A model generated the notes under the pieces. That model was given only the letters and a program-made list of their open reading frames with translations, made no database searches and was not told the DNA's origin. From an uncultured Gemmatimonadaceae bacterium (GTDB taxonomy: Bacteria; Gemmatimonadota; Gemmatimonadetes; Gemmatimonadales; Gemmatimonadaceae), in the NCBI GenBank assembly GCA_963817955.1, contig CAWFQK010000004.1, positions 1,344,001-1,408,000 on the forward strand: a stretch of DNA of 64,000 nucleotides, in the 5' to 3' direction. The translations under genes were made by a program, and so were the position numbers. Below, piece by piece: positions 40,266 to 49,917 of the stretch; positions within the stretch are counted from its first letter, which is position 1; each line of letters begins with the position of its first letter.

Positions 40266-40653
40266 GTGATCAAGAGCTTCGCGAGTCGTGACACCGAGCG
40301 CCTCTTCCAGCGGGAGCGTGTGCGGCGCTTTCCGGCCGAGCTCATGCTCCGAAAGCTCGTGGTGCTCGACGCGGCGTCCCGGCGAAATCCTCGCCGCCGA
40401 TTTTCTTGAGCCGCTCGGCCTGTCACAGTATCGTCTGGCGAAGGACATCAGTGTGCCGGCGCGTCGGGTGAACGAGATCGTGCATGGAACGCGAGCAATC
40501 AGCGCTGACACCGCGCTTCGGCTCGCGCGGTACTTCGGCACAAGCGATCGCTTCTGGTTGAATCTGCAGGCTCGCTATGACCTTGAGGTGGAGCGCGATC
40601 ATCTCGGTGCTCGGCTGGAGAAGGAAGTTCGAGTCCTCGACCGGGCGAGCTAA
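40266..40653 (+). pseudogene. higBA cassette with an internal deletion (HigB N-terminus joined out of frame to start-less HigA)
   Basis: MIKSFASRDTERLF...RKL..LDAA stops at about 40376, then PGEIL..DFLEPLGLSQYRLAKDI...FWLNLQARYDL; R'' AGCTAAC at 40648. Confidence 0.85.
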
Positions 40654-40717
40654 CGTACGCCGCAGCCGAACGGCGCGCCGCTTGACCACCGCCAGCCGCC
40701 ATCGTACTCTCCAAATC

Positions 40718-40954
40718 ATGGTGGCTCCCAATTACCACGACCGCATTGTCAGCGATCCGAACGTCCGGTTTGGCAAGCCGGTCGTGCGCGGAACGCGCAT
40801 TTCCGTCGGAGATGTGCTCGGTTATCTCGCCGGGGGAATGACCGAACCCGACATTCTCACCGACTTTCCGCAACTCAGCCACGAGGACATCGTGGCCTGT
40901 CTCGCGTTCGCTGCCGACCGCGAGCGACGCCTGGCGACCGTACCGGGCCTCTGA
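40718..40954 (+). CDS. DUF433 antitoxin
   Basis: DP.VRFGKPVVRGTRISV; promoter-like TTGACC-17-TACTCT upstream. Confidence 0.88.
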   Translation: MVAPNYHDRIVSDPNVRFGKPVVRGTRISVGDVLGYLAGGMTEPDILTDFPQLSHEDIVACLAFAADRERRLATVPGL

Positions 40955-40978
40955 CATCGGCGTCGAGCCGTCTCACTC

Positions 40979-41311
40979 GTGAAACTGCTCTTCGACGAGA
41001 ACTTGTCAGGCCAGCTTCCGCGCCTGCTCGCTGATCTCTTTCCCGATTCAGATAGCGCCCTGCGCCTTGGGCTCGGTGGCGCCTCCGACGATGCAGTCTG
41101 GGAACACGCGAAACGCGCCGAGTTCGTTCTCGTCACGAAGGATGAAGACTTTCAACGCCTCAGTGTCTTGCGAGGCCCGCCGCCCAAGGTGATTTGGATT
41201 CGCCTCGGCAATTGTGCCACCGCCGATGTTGCACGAATGGTCCGCTTTCGGGTCGAGCAGATACACGTCTTTCTCACCGATTCGGAGGCCGCGTTCCTCG
41301 CACTCGGCTAA
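40979..41311 (+). CDS. DUF5615 PIN-like (VapC45-type) toxin
   Basis: MKLLFDENLS, SD..VW, VTKDEDF, PPKVIWIR.GN. Confidence 0.88.
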   Translation: MKLLFDENLSGQLPRLLADLFPDSDSALRLGLGGASDDAVWEHAKRAEFVLVTKDEDFQRLSVLRGPPPKVIWIRLGNCATADVARMVRFRVEQIHVFLTDSEAAFLALG

Positions 41312-41329
41312 CGAGCATCCCGGCGCCCC

Positions 41330-41427
41330 GCACAACGATCATTGCAGCAGACGGGCGAGCTATGGATGCAGCGGCTTCACCGCTGCATCCTAATGTGTTC
41401 GCCCGCAGCTGAATTCGAGCGTTCGCC
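41330..41427 (+). other. attC site
   Basis: GCACAAC...TTGCAGCAG...CAGCTGAA...GTTCGCC with a long central hairpin. Confidence 0.75.
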
Positions 41428-41478
41428 ACGCCACCAAAGTACGGTGTAAGTTGAAGAGGGCCTTCATCGGAGCGCCGC

Positions 41479-41703
41479 ATGCAGACCGATCAGCTTCCCA
41501 TTCATAGCGATCCCGAGATCATGGGCGGCACGCCCGTGTTCGTCGGTTCCCGCGTCCCCGTCCAGACGCTCCTCGATTATCTCGAAGCGGGCGATCCCCT
41601 CGACGAGTTTCTCGACAATTTTCCGAGCGTCTCGCGCGAGCAAGCCGTCGCGGTTCTCGAGCTCGCGAAGGATCTGCTGCTCGCGCGGGCCACGGCGGCG
41701 TGA
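41479..41703 (+). CDS. DUF433 antitoxin
   Basis: SDPEIMGGTPVFVGSRVPV. Confidence 0.88.
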   Translation: MQTDQLPIHSDPEIMGGTPVFVGSRVPVQTLLDYLEAGDPLDEFLDNFPSVSREQAVAVLELAKDLLLARATAA

Positions 41704-41910
41704 CCTCGGAGTCCGGCCTCGCTCGTCGCGTTCTGCTGGATGAATGTGTACCGCGGCTCCTCTTGCGCGAATGTCGCCGCCAGCGGCATCGCGGTGATCG
41801 TTCTTCACGCCCGATCAAATCGCGTTCCCGATTTGTCGCCGTTGTTACCCGCACTTCGAGAGCAGCTTGCGGGTGCCAAGGTCGGCACGGTCGCGCATGT
41901 GGGTGGCTAA
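41700..41910 (+). pseudogene. DUF5615 PIN-like toxin, internally deleted and frameshifted
   Basis: RVLLDECVPR N-terminus; C-terminus IAVIVLHARSNR..DL.PL lies in another frame and ends at the attC. Confidence 0.72.
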
Positions 41911-42004
41911 CGGTGCATGAAGCTGTCGAGCGGGCTATGGATTGCGCCGCCCGACGCGCGGCGCTTTTATCTGATCCGCTCGCAGCTTCTGCTCGGCGTT
42001 AGGC
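41905..42004 (+). other. attC site
   Basis: GGCTAAC...TGAAGCTG...CAGCTTCT...GTTAGGC. Confidence 0.88.
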
Positions 42005-42062
42005 CGCACCGGCACTTCTCTCTCGAGTTAGTAAGATCAGTGTCAAAGGGCTTCGAGGGCTC

Positions 42063-43361
42063 ATGCACCGACCATCCTTGATCTCCACGCTGGCAGCAGC
42101 CTTGATTGCCACCCCCACGCTGCTCGCGGCACAAGACGCCCTCGGTGCGTGGCAAGGAACCCTCGCGACACCGGCCAGACCGTTGCGTCTCGTCGTCGAC
42201 ATCGCGCGTGACAACGGTCGCGTGAAGGTCGTGCAGTTCAGCATCGACCAGGCGGGTTTCCAGACCCCAGTCACGGCCGACACGATAACGATCGCATCCC
42301 GCACGATCCGGATCGTCTTCAGTCGGGCTCGCACCACTTTCGATGGCACACTCAACCCACGCGCCGACACGATCACCGGCACCTGGACGCAATCCGGAAC
42401 ACCCCGGCCGCTCGTCTTGGCCCGAGCCGATGCGAAGACGGCGTGGCGCGATTCGTCAGCGCACTCGATTCGACAGGTTGCCGTCGACACGAGCGTCTCG
42501 ATCGAGGTGCTCGATTGGGGTGGAAGCGGACGACCGGTCGTCCTGCTTGCGGGCGCCGGCAATACGGCACATGTCTTCGACCAGTTCGCCACGAAGCTCG
42601 TCGGCCGCTACCACGTCTACGGAATAACACGACGCGGATTTGGACGCTCGAGCGCGCCGATGTCCGGCTACTCGGCCGACCGACTCGCCGACGACGTGCT
42701 CGCGGTACTCGATTCGCTGCATCTCGTGATGCCTGTACTCATCGGGCACTCGATCGCGGGCGAAGAGATGAGCTCAATCGGATCACGACACGCGGAGCGC
42801 GTGGCCGGGCTCGTGTATCTCGATGGTGGCTACGCCTACGCGTACTATGACTCGACCCAGCAGAACACGCTGATCAACCTGTACGACGTCCAGCGGAAGC
42901 TCGCTCACCTGTCACCGGCGCTCAGCCCGCGTGCTCTCGAGAGCCTCCTCAAGGAGCTACTCACGACGAGCCTCCCGCTCATGGAGCGCGATATGCGGGC
43001 GTGGTCACAGAGTCTCGCGATGCGCCCAGACCGCGATGTCACGCCGGCTCCGTTCGCACGGGACTTTGTCGCCGATTCGCTGTTCGCCGGCGAGCAGAAG
43101 TTCACGGCGATTCGTGGACCGGTGCTCGCGATCTTCGCCGCGCCGCGTGAGCCGTCGCCCGCATTGCTCAAGGACTCCGTGGCCCTCGCACGGTCAGATT
43201 CAACGTATCTCGCGGATGTGATGCCGCAGATCACGGCGTTCGAGCGCGGTACACCGGGCGCGCGCGTGATCCGCATCCCGCACTCCAATCACTACGTCTT
43301 CCGGTCGAACGAGGCGGAGGTATTGCGTGCGGTCTTCGCGTTCATCGATGGCCTTCGCTAA
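42063..43361 (+). CDS. Cassette: secreted alpha/beta hydrolase
   Basis: Signal peptide; TRRGFG.S, GHSIAG, VYLDG, HSNH motifs. Confidence 0.85.
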   Translation: MHRPSLISTLAAALIATPTLLAAQDALGAWQGTLATPARPLRLVVDIARDNGRVKVVQFSIDQAGFQTPVTADTITIASRTIRIVFSRARTTFDGTLNPRADTITGTWTQSGTPRPLVLARADAKTAWRDSSAHSIRQVAVDTSVSIEVLDWGGSGRPVVLLAGAGNTAHVFDQFATKLVGRYHVYGITRRGFGRSSAPMSGYSADRLADDVLAVLDSLHLVMPVLIGHSIAGEEMSSIGSRHAERVAGLVYLDGGYAYAYYDSTQQNTLINLYDVQRKLAHLSPALSPRALESLLKELLTTSLPLMERDMRAWSQSLAMRPDRDVTPAPFARDFVADSLFAGEQKFTAIRGPVLAIFAAPREPSPALLKDSVALARSDSTYLADVMPQITAFERGTPGARVIRIPHSNHYVFRSNEAEVLRAVFAFIDGLR

Positions 43362-43429
43362 TGCCTCGCAGCGATGAAGCGGCAATTGCTTCCCCCGAAG
43401 CATTCGCACGTAGTCGATCTCGACCTGCG

Positions 43430-43491
43430 GCCTAACGACCGTTGCTGCTGTCGAGCGGTCTGTCGGACTGCAGCTGCTCGCCTACGCTCGC
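43430..43491 (+). other. attC left half (right half deleted)
   Basis: TGCGGCCTAAC complements the cassette start GTTAGGCCGCA; runs to GCTCGCCTACGCTCGC. Confidence 0.65.
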
Positions 43492-43914
43492 CGACGCCGT
43501 TCTCGTTCACGGTGCTTGTCCGCGAGAACGCGATGCTCATTTATTGATGCGTCGTCCTGGCGCGCCACTGGCCAGCAACTGATTGCCTCCCGCGAGCTCC
43601 GTCCACCTCTGGACGGAGCTCTTCGTTTTCCGGCAAGGCGCCGACTATTGCGGAGACGGTGATGCCACATAGCATCTGGCACGAGCATTTGCTTCTGGGG
43701 ACAGTCGATTTGCCGCGTGGCCAATTTGTCGCCGGTCGCCCTCGTCGGGCCGCCGGATACCCTTCGTTGCCGAGGTGGTGAAACGATCAACAGTCGCGTT
43801 TCTCCATCTTGGGCTGTTCTACCGGGATTCCACCGGCCACACACTGCAGCCCGGCGCCGACCAGTGGTGACCGCACCCCCGACTACACCGCCGATGTTGT
43901 CCGGTGCGCCTGCC

Positions 43915-43946
43915 GTATAACGAACGCTGCAGCTGGGGCGTCAAGC
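43915..43946 (+). other. Collapsed 32-bp attC
   Basis: GTATAAC-GAACGCTGCAGCTGGGGC-GTCAAGC. Confidence 0.7.
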
Positions 43947-44195
43947 GGCAGCATCGATTCGCGTTGAGGCAAGAAGATGCGTGTCGACAACGGGCGCTCA
44001 CCGCCCTGGTCAGCCAGATTCCCAGAGACGGAGTTTCGAGCCGCGATCAAGAACGTCTCATCGGCTCGGTGACGGCTTCGGAAGGTCGATGGCGTCGCAT
44101 GCCACGACCACGGATTGAGCTGCCCGTCGGTGAGGCGTAGAGGCCGGCTACCTAACCGGTTGCCTCGCGACGGCCATCGAGCCAACTTCAGGCAC

Positions 44196-44438
44196 ATGCC
44201 CACGGTGCTCGGCGTTGGCCCGTATCGCTTCTTCTTCTACGCGAGTGATCGGCCAGAACCGGCGCACATTCATGTGGAGCGCGACGCCTTTCGATCCAAA
44301 TTCTGGTTGGACCCGGTTCGCCTTGAACGAAGCGGTGGCTTCAATCGCTCGGAGCTGGCTCGGATCACGAGCCTGGTCATCGAGCATCGAGATACCCTGC
44401 TGAGGAGCTGGCATGACTTCTTCCGCGAGAACGATTGA
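44196..44438 (+). CDS. DUF4160 protein
   Basis: MPTVL..GPYRFFFY..D..EP.HIHVE.D....KFWL. Confidence 0.85.
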   Translation: MPTVLGVGPYRFFFYASDRPEPAHIHVERDAFRSKFWLDPVRLERSGGFNRSELARITSLVIEHRDTLLRSWHDFFREND

Positions 44439-44736
44439 CTCCGAGGAGCACCGACCGGAGCCGCTCGCGACCAGCGCCACGGTCACGGACGACTCACTCG
44501 TCGTAGAATTGAGCGACGGGCGGACGATCTCGGTTCCACTCGCGTGGTACCCACGACTGCTCCACGGATCGCCCACCGAGCGGGCGCATTGGCGGTTGAT
44601 CGGCGGTGGTGAGGGAATCCACTGGGCCGACCTGGATGAAGACATCAGCGTGGAAGGTCTCCTTGCGGGTCGACCCTCCGGCGAGAGTCAGCGATCTCTC
44701 AAGCAATGGCTCACGTCGCGCGGGGCTGCCGCTTAA
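44413..44736 (+). CDS. DUF2442 protein
   Basis: L.VELSDGRTISVPLAWYPRL...GIHW.DLDEDISVEGLL. Confidence 0.85.
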   Translation: MTSSARTIDSEEHRPEPLATSATVTDDSLVVELSDGRTISVPLAWYPRLLHGSPTERAHWRLIGGGEGIHWADLDEDISVEGLLAGRPSGESQRSLKQWLTSRGAAA

Positions 44737-44822
44737 CGAACGCTGCACCTGACGGTCGAGCTTCGGATGGCGCGCGCTTCGCGCGCGCTTCTATTTGGCC
44801 CGCCCGCAGGTGAGTTATGGCC
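44731..44822 (+). other. attC site (degenerate right end)
   Basis: GCTTAAC...CTGCACCTG...CAGGTGAG-TTATGGCC. Confidence 0.7.
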
Positions 44823-45062
44823 AGCACACGGTCAACGATGTACGGAGCGATCGCAGGCATTCCGGGCGCCACCGCCCTTGCCCCTACCCCACTCTCCGGC
44901 CAAGCGCGAGCGCAGACGGATAGTGCGCAGCCACGGCGGGTGGTACACGTTTATGCGACTTGAGGCCGACTCAGGCCGTCGTGGTTTGTATGAACGGTGC
45001 AGGTCACGTGCCTTTTGGACAGCTTTAGCGAGAGCTCGAACCTAAGTGTCGAGAGCGCAATC

Positions 45063-45515
45063 ATGAGCCGGACGCTTTTCCTGATCGCACTGGCGATCGT
45101 ATTCATCGTCCTCGCACCGCTGCAGACCGCTCTGGTGCTCGGTATCGCCGCGGTGGTGATCCTGGTCGGGGGGTACGTCGCCGTCGCCGCGCTGACCGCG
45201 GCCCTCATGTTGCCCCTATTCATTGCCGGGAGCACTGGCGTTCGCGCGCCGGTTCTGGCGGCAAGCATCGTGGCGGCCGCAATCGTGTTCTCCATCCATC
45301 GCGCGAGCATTCGCCGACTGCGCACCGGGCAGGAACCTCGACTCGGCCGCTTCGGAAACGCACCACTGGCGCCGGGCGAGCGACCAGGCGTCGGGCTGTG
45401 GGCCAAGCCGGCGCCGCACGGGCTTCTTGGGCGAAGCGCGATGAGCGCCGGTGCGGCTCTGGTGATCATCGCTGCACTCGCCATCAGCGTCGTGGTGGCG
45501 GCGCGCTTCGGCTGA
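45063..45515 (+). CDS. Cassette: membrane protein resembling the C-terminal half of PlsY
   Basis: GYVAVAALTAA and IHRASIRRLRTGQEPRL resemble the PlsY motifs RYVSLAS and RHxxNIxRLxxGxE. Confidence 0.5.
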   Translation: MSRTLFLIALAIVFIVLAPLQTALVLGIAAVVILVGGYVAVAALTAALMLPLFIAGSTGVRAPVLAASIVAAAIVFSIHRASIRRLRTGQEPRLGRFGNAPLAPGERPGVGLWAKPAPHGLLGRSAMSAGAALVIIAALAISVVVAARFG

Positions 45516-45589
45516 TGTACGACCGGGAGAAGAACGACTCGTTTGGATACCACGACGGCGATCCGACCGTAGAGATCACGGCCCGTGCT

Positions 45590-45688
45590 GGCTAACGAAC
45601 GCTGAAGCCGACGGGCGACTTATTGATTTATGATGCCTGCGGCATCACTCTTATCTGACTCGCCCGCAGCTTAGCTCGGGCGTTATAC
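45590..45688 (+). other. attC site
   Basis: GGCTAAC...CTGAAGCCG...CAGCTTAG...GTTATAC. Confidence 0.9.
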
Positions 45689-45825
45689 GGCGCCCCGTCT
45701 ACCGAGCGAACGAAATGAATCCGAGTGTCATCCTGCTTGGTTTCATAATTCCGATCAGCGTTTTGGTCTGGTTAGATCGGCGCCTCCGGCGCGAGCCCCC
45801 CTCGACAACGGCGAGCTAAGATCCC

Positions 45826-46328
45826 GTGTACGTAGGCCACTTCGCCCTCGCGCTCGCCGTGAAGGGTCGGCGCCCAAAGTTACCGCTCGCGACATGTTTG
45901 ATTGCGGCGACAGCACCCGATCTAGCAATGGCGATCATGGGCATATTTGCCAACAGCACAACTGCCGACGCCTACTCGCACTCGCTGATCGCGGTCGTCG
46001 CGCTCGCGCTAATCGGTGGAATGCTCGCGTGGAGTTGTCAGCTAGGTACGGGGGGAGCGCTCTGGATTAGCGCGTTGGTTGCGAGTCATCTTCCGGCGGA
46101 TTGGGTGACCAGCCGTCTCGCGCTGTGGCCGCACGGCCCCGTCTGGGGGCCGGACTGTACGCGCATCCTGGCATCGATCTGGTCCTTGAAGGCGTGCTCG
46201 CGATCGGCGGATGGGCGATCTATCGTCGAGGACTTCCGCGAGCCATGGCCATGCGTGCGCTGGCATGGGCGCCGCTTGGCGTTCTGCTAGCCTTGCAGGC
46301 CGTTTGGGATATCATGAGCTGGCACTGA
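45826..46328 (+). pseudogene. Cassette: membrane-bound metal-dependent hydrolase-like protein, frameshifted near 46145
   Basis: GH, PD, SHSL, SH..AD motifs; continues as G.GLY...LE in another frame. Confidence 0.65.
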
Positions 46329-46359
46329 GTCTCAGGCCGCTCCGCCCGCGCCGTATAAC

Positions 46360-47025
46360 GAGGATGTAGGAAAACCCTAATTGGCTGGCGAGCCGACCGC
46401 GCCGCGTCGTCGATGCGCGGCGGCGGAACTGGTCAGGCGTGTGGCGGCGGAATGCCGGTGACGACCGTGTTTCGGCGCGTTGTACCCCTCGGAACGGTGC
46501 CCCGCACCTACGCCGCGTACCCGTAGTGTGCGAGTTTCTCGATGTTGTGCACGAGACAGAACAGCTTCCATTGCGTCTCGACTTTGCGGCGGCCGCGCAG
46601 GGTGAAGCGATCGAGCCCTTTGTTGTAGCACAGTTTGCCGAACACCGGTTCCACGGCGCCGATGCGTTCCGCATACCGCCGCCGCCCCTCCGGCGAATCA
46701 ATGCGCCGTTTCATGCGGGCGGTGTGCGACTCGGGCAGCGGGGCCGTCTTGCCCTGGAAGAACATGACGGAGCGCACCTTCGTGGTCGACGGCGTCTCGA
46801 GACACCGGGCGCGCAGGACGCACGGGCCACAGTCGCGTTGCTTCCCCTGAAAGCGCGTCCAGATGTTGTCGCGATTCACCCACTGGGCGCCGCTCCGGTT
46901 GAGCACCTTGCCCGCCGGGCAGATGCACGTCCGCGCCTCGGCGTCGTACGTGCAGGCACTCGCCGGAAACACGGCGGCTGCCTGCACCGGAGCAGGATCC
47001 GCCTTGTCGTGCAGCGGATTGTGGA
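46360..47025 (-). mobile_element. IS1182-family element, truncated copy (3' part only)
   Basis: IR GAGGATGTAGGAAAA directly after attC R'' GTATAAC; C-terminal CPAG, C..C.LR..C, VEPVFG, RF.LRG, HNI.KL. Confidence 0.85.
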
Positions 47026-47170
47026 TGATCGAGCGGGGGCTGGCGGGGCTGGCGCAAGCGATCGGGACGACGGGTGACTGTGATCAGTCATCAGTGCGTG
47101 GGTCCTCAGTCCTCAGTGACGGAGGACCCCGACAGCCCTCGATCGGGCGAACAGACCCACGACCATCCAC
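47023..47170. repeat. Second copy of the 22516-22664 repeat
   Basis: About 148-bp near-identical direct copy. Confidence 0.8.
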
Positions 47171-47497
47171 GCCAGGCGACACCGCGATCCGTTTCTACTG
47201 CCACTCACGATGTTCGCGGTGGTGTTCGTGGCAGCCGGCCTCGGCAAGGCAGCGACGGGCGCCGGCATCCTCAACCTGGACCTGATAGCGGGCGTCCTGG
47301 CGAGCGTCGGCTTCGCCCCCGCTCTGGATGCGGGCTTCGGCGGCGATGCGGGCCTCAGCGCCGAACGGGACACGTCCAGAGGTCTAGACGGTGTTCGTGC
47401 GGAGTGTGGGCGTTGGGCCCGCGCTGTCCAACCTACGCTGCCCGTTGACGGCAGCCAGCCGAGCGGAGACCTTACTGGTAAGACTTCAGGAGATCCC

Positions 47498-47761
47498 ATG
47501 AGCGAGGCTGCAACCACGACTCTGTCTTCCAAGGGTCAGGTCGTGATTCCCGAAGAAATCCGAGCGCGGCTCGGCTTGAAGACCGGCGCGCAGTTCGTCG
47601 TCGTCGCCGACCGAGACGTCGTGATCTTCAAGGTCCTTGATCCGCCCAGCCTGAGTGAGTTTGCCCCCCTTGTGACCCATGCTCGGCGCGTCGCAAAGGC
47701 CGCTGGTCTGCGGCAGGCGGATGTTGGCAAGGCCCTCGCCAAGGTTCGCCGGTCGCGGTGA
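47498..47761 (+). CDS. AbrB/MazE/SpoVT family antitoxin
   Basis: LSSKGQVVIPEEIRARLGL; palindrome CTTACTGGTAAG upstream. Confidence 0.88.
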   Translation: MSEAATTTLSSKGQVVIPEEIRARLGLKTGAQFVVVADRDVVIFKVLDPPSLSEFAPLVTHARRVAKAAGLRQADVGKALAKVRRSR

Positions 47762-48174
47762 AGGTTATTCTCGATACGAACGTCGTTGTTTCTGGCGTCT
47801 TCTTCGGTGGCGTGCCGGGACGGATCCTGGACGCGTGGGCCGCAGGCCGTCTGGCGCTGGTTCTGTCGCCCGAGATCCTCGCTGAATACCAACGCGTCGG
47901 CGCTGAACTGGGAGCACAGCATCCGGAAGTCACCGAGGCGTGGGAGCCGATTCTCGCGCACATCACGATACATGCAACGATCGTTGACGCGCCGCCGCTT
48001 TCTGAGCCCGTGAGCGACGATCCGGCAGATGACATGTTTCTTGCCGCCGCACTCGCGGCGCGCACTCATGTGATCGTCTCGGGGGATAAACACCTATTGC
48101 GAGTTTCTGGATGGCGCGACATCGTGGTATACACGCCGCGACAATTCTACGCGCAGCATCTCGCCACCGGTTGA
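47758..48174 (+). CDS. PIN-domain (VapC-type) toxin
   Basis: MKVILDTNVVVS, DP.DD.FL..A, IVSGDKHLL. Confidence 0.9.
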   Translation: MKVILDTNVVVSGVFFGGVPGRILDAWAAGRLALVLSPEILAEYQRVGAELGAQHPEVTEAWEPILAHITIHATIVDAPPLSEPVSDDPADDMFLAAALAARTHVIVSGDKHLLRVSGWRDIVVYTPRQFYAQHLATG

Positions 48175-48182
48175 CAGCTAAC

Positions 48183-49802
48183 GAGGATGTAGGAAAACCC
48201 TAATTGGCTGGCGAGCCGACCGCGCCGCGTCGTCGATGCGCGGCGGCGGCGGAACTGGTCTGGCGTGCGGCGGCGGAATGCCGGTGACGACCGTGTTTCG
48301 GCGCGTTGTACCCCTCGGAACGGTGCCCCGCACCGACGCCGCGTACCCGTAGTGTGCGAGTTTCTCGATGTTGTGCACGAGACAGAACAGCTTCCACTGC
48401 GTCTCGACTTTGCGGCGGCCGCGCAGGGTGAAGCGATCGAGCCCTTTGTTGTGGCATATATTGCCGAACACCGGTTCCACGGCGCCGAAGCGTTTCGCAT
48501 ACCGCCGCCGCCCCTCCGGCGAATCAATGCGCCGTTTCATGCGGGCGGTGTGCGACTCGGGCAGCGGGGCCGTCTTGCCCTGGAAGAACATGACGGAGCG
48601 CACCTTCGTGGTCGACGGCGTCTCGAGACACCGGGCGCGCAGGACGCACGGGCCACAGTCGCGTTGCTTCCCCTGAAAGCGCGTCCAGATGTTGTCGCGA
48701 TTCACCCACTGGGCGCCGCTCCGGTTGAGCACCTTGCCCGCCGGGCAGATGCACGTCCGCGCCTCGGCGTCGTACGTGCAGGCACTCGCCGGAAACACGG
48801 CGGCTGCCTACACCGGAGCAGGATTCGCCTTGTCGTGCAGCGGATTGTGGAAGGCTTTGTGGTGATCCTGCGTGGCGAAGCGCTCATCTCGGCGGCGCAT
48901 GTCGTTGTCCGCGATGAGCGCGTCGACCGACATCGCGGCGAGTTGCTGCACGTTCGCGTCGCTGTGGTAGCCTGCATCGGCCGTGATCAATGACTCCGCC
49001 GTGAGCAGTCCTTGCATTGCCGCGACGAAGGGATTCTGCTGGAGCCACTCCCGGACCTGCGCCGCATCGTTCTCCAGGCGCTCGACGCGTTGCTTCTCCT
49101 TCTCCAGCAGCGTCGGCTCCGCCGACAGCTGATCCGCTGCGCGATGGCGCGCGAGGATCGTCTGCGCGGCAGCTTCGAGCTTCGTCGCCTGTCGCTCGAA
49201 GTCGGCGCGCGTCCCGCTCCGTCGCTTCGCCGCGTTGCTGGGGAACTTCACCCCATCGATGGCGAACAGCTCGCGACCGATCAGTCCCTCGGCATCGCAG
49301 GTCGCCACCACGGCCGCGAACACGCGAGCGATGTCATCGCCCACCGTGCTCACGAAGTGCGCGATCGTGGTGAAATGCGGGGCCGTGTCGCCTGAGAGCG
49401 ATGAACGTGACCTGCTCGCGACAGGCGCGCTCGATGCCCCGGCTGCTGATGATCCCATGGGCGTAGGCGACGAGCACGACCTTGAGGAGCATCGCCGGTG
49501 GATACGCGGGCGCGCCGGTGTCGTCGTTCTGGAATCGCTCATCGAAGCGTGGGAGGTCGATCGCGTGATCCAGCAGGTGATTGACCGCGTGTTCGAACGT
49601 GCCCGGAAGCAGTTGGCGCGCGAGATCAATGGCCAAGAACTTCGGATTGGTGTCGATGTACTTGTAGCGAGCCATGGCAGGACACCGGAGGAGGGTCAAC
49701 CGCGATGTGCACAGCGCTCCACGCCCGACGCTTCTTCAACCCGCCAGTTGCTTCGCGAGTCACCTCACCACAGACTCTATCGCAGGCTTTTTCTACAGCC
49801 TC
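48183..49802 (-). mobile_element. IS1182-family element with both ends; transposase is a pseudogene
   Basis: IRs GAGGATGTAGGAAAA/TTTTTCTACAGCCTC with 3-bp DR AAC. The ORF from 49675 has a frameshift near 49395, an apparent internal deletion and a TAG at 48808 (CAG in the other copy). Confidence 0.88.
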
Positions 49803-49896
49803 AACGAGCGCTGAACTTGACAAAGGGGCCATTGAATACGCTCGCTGCGCGAGCGTTCTTATATGATCCCTTTGCAGGTTAGCTCAAGCGTTATGC
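49803..49896 (+). other. attC (remainder after IS1182 insertion; original R'' AGCTAAC at 48176-48182)
   Basis: AACGAGCGCTGAACTTG...CAGGTTAG...GTTATGC. Confidence 0.85.
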
Positions 49897-49917
49897 TGAA
49901 TCCTTCCCTCCGCTGCT

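Noticed and set aside
43490..43915. A gene in the cassette remnant before the second collapsed attC
   Set aside because: Only short, non-protein-like ORFs; the start of the cassette appears deleted
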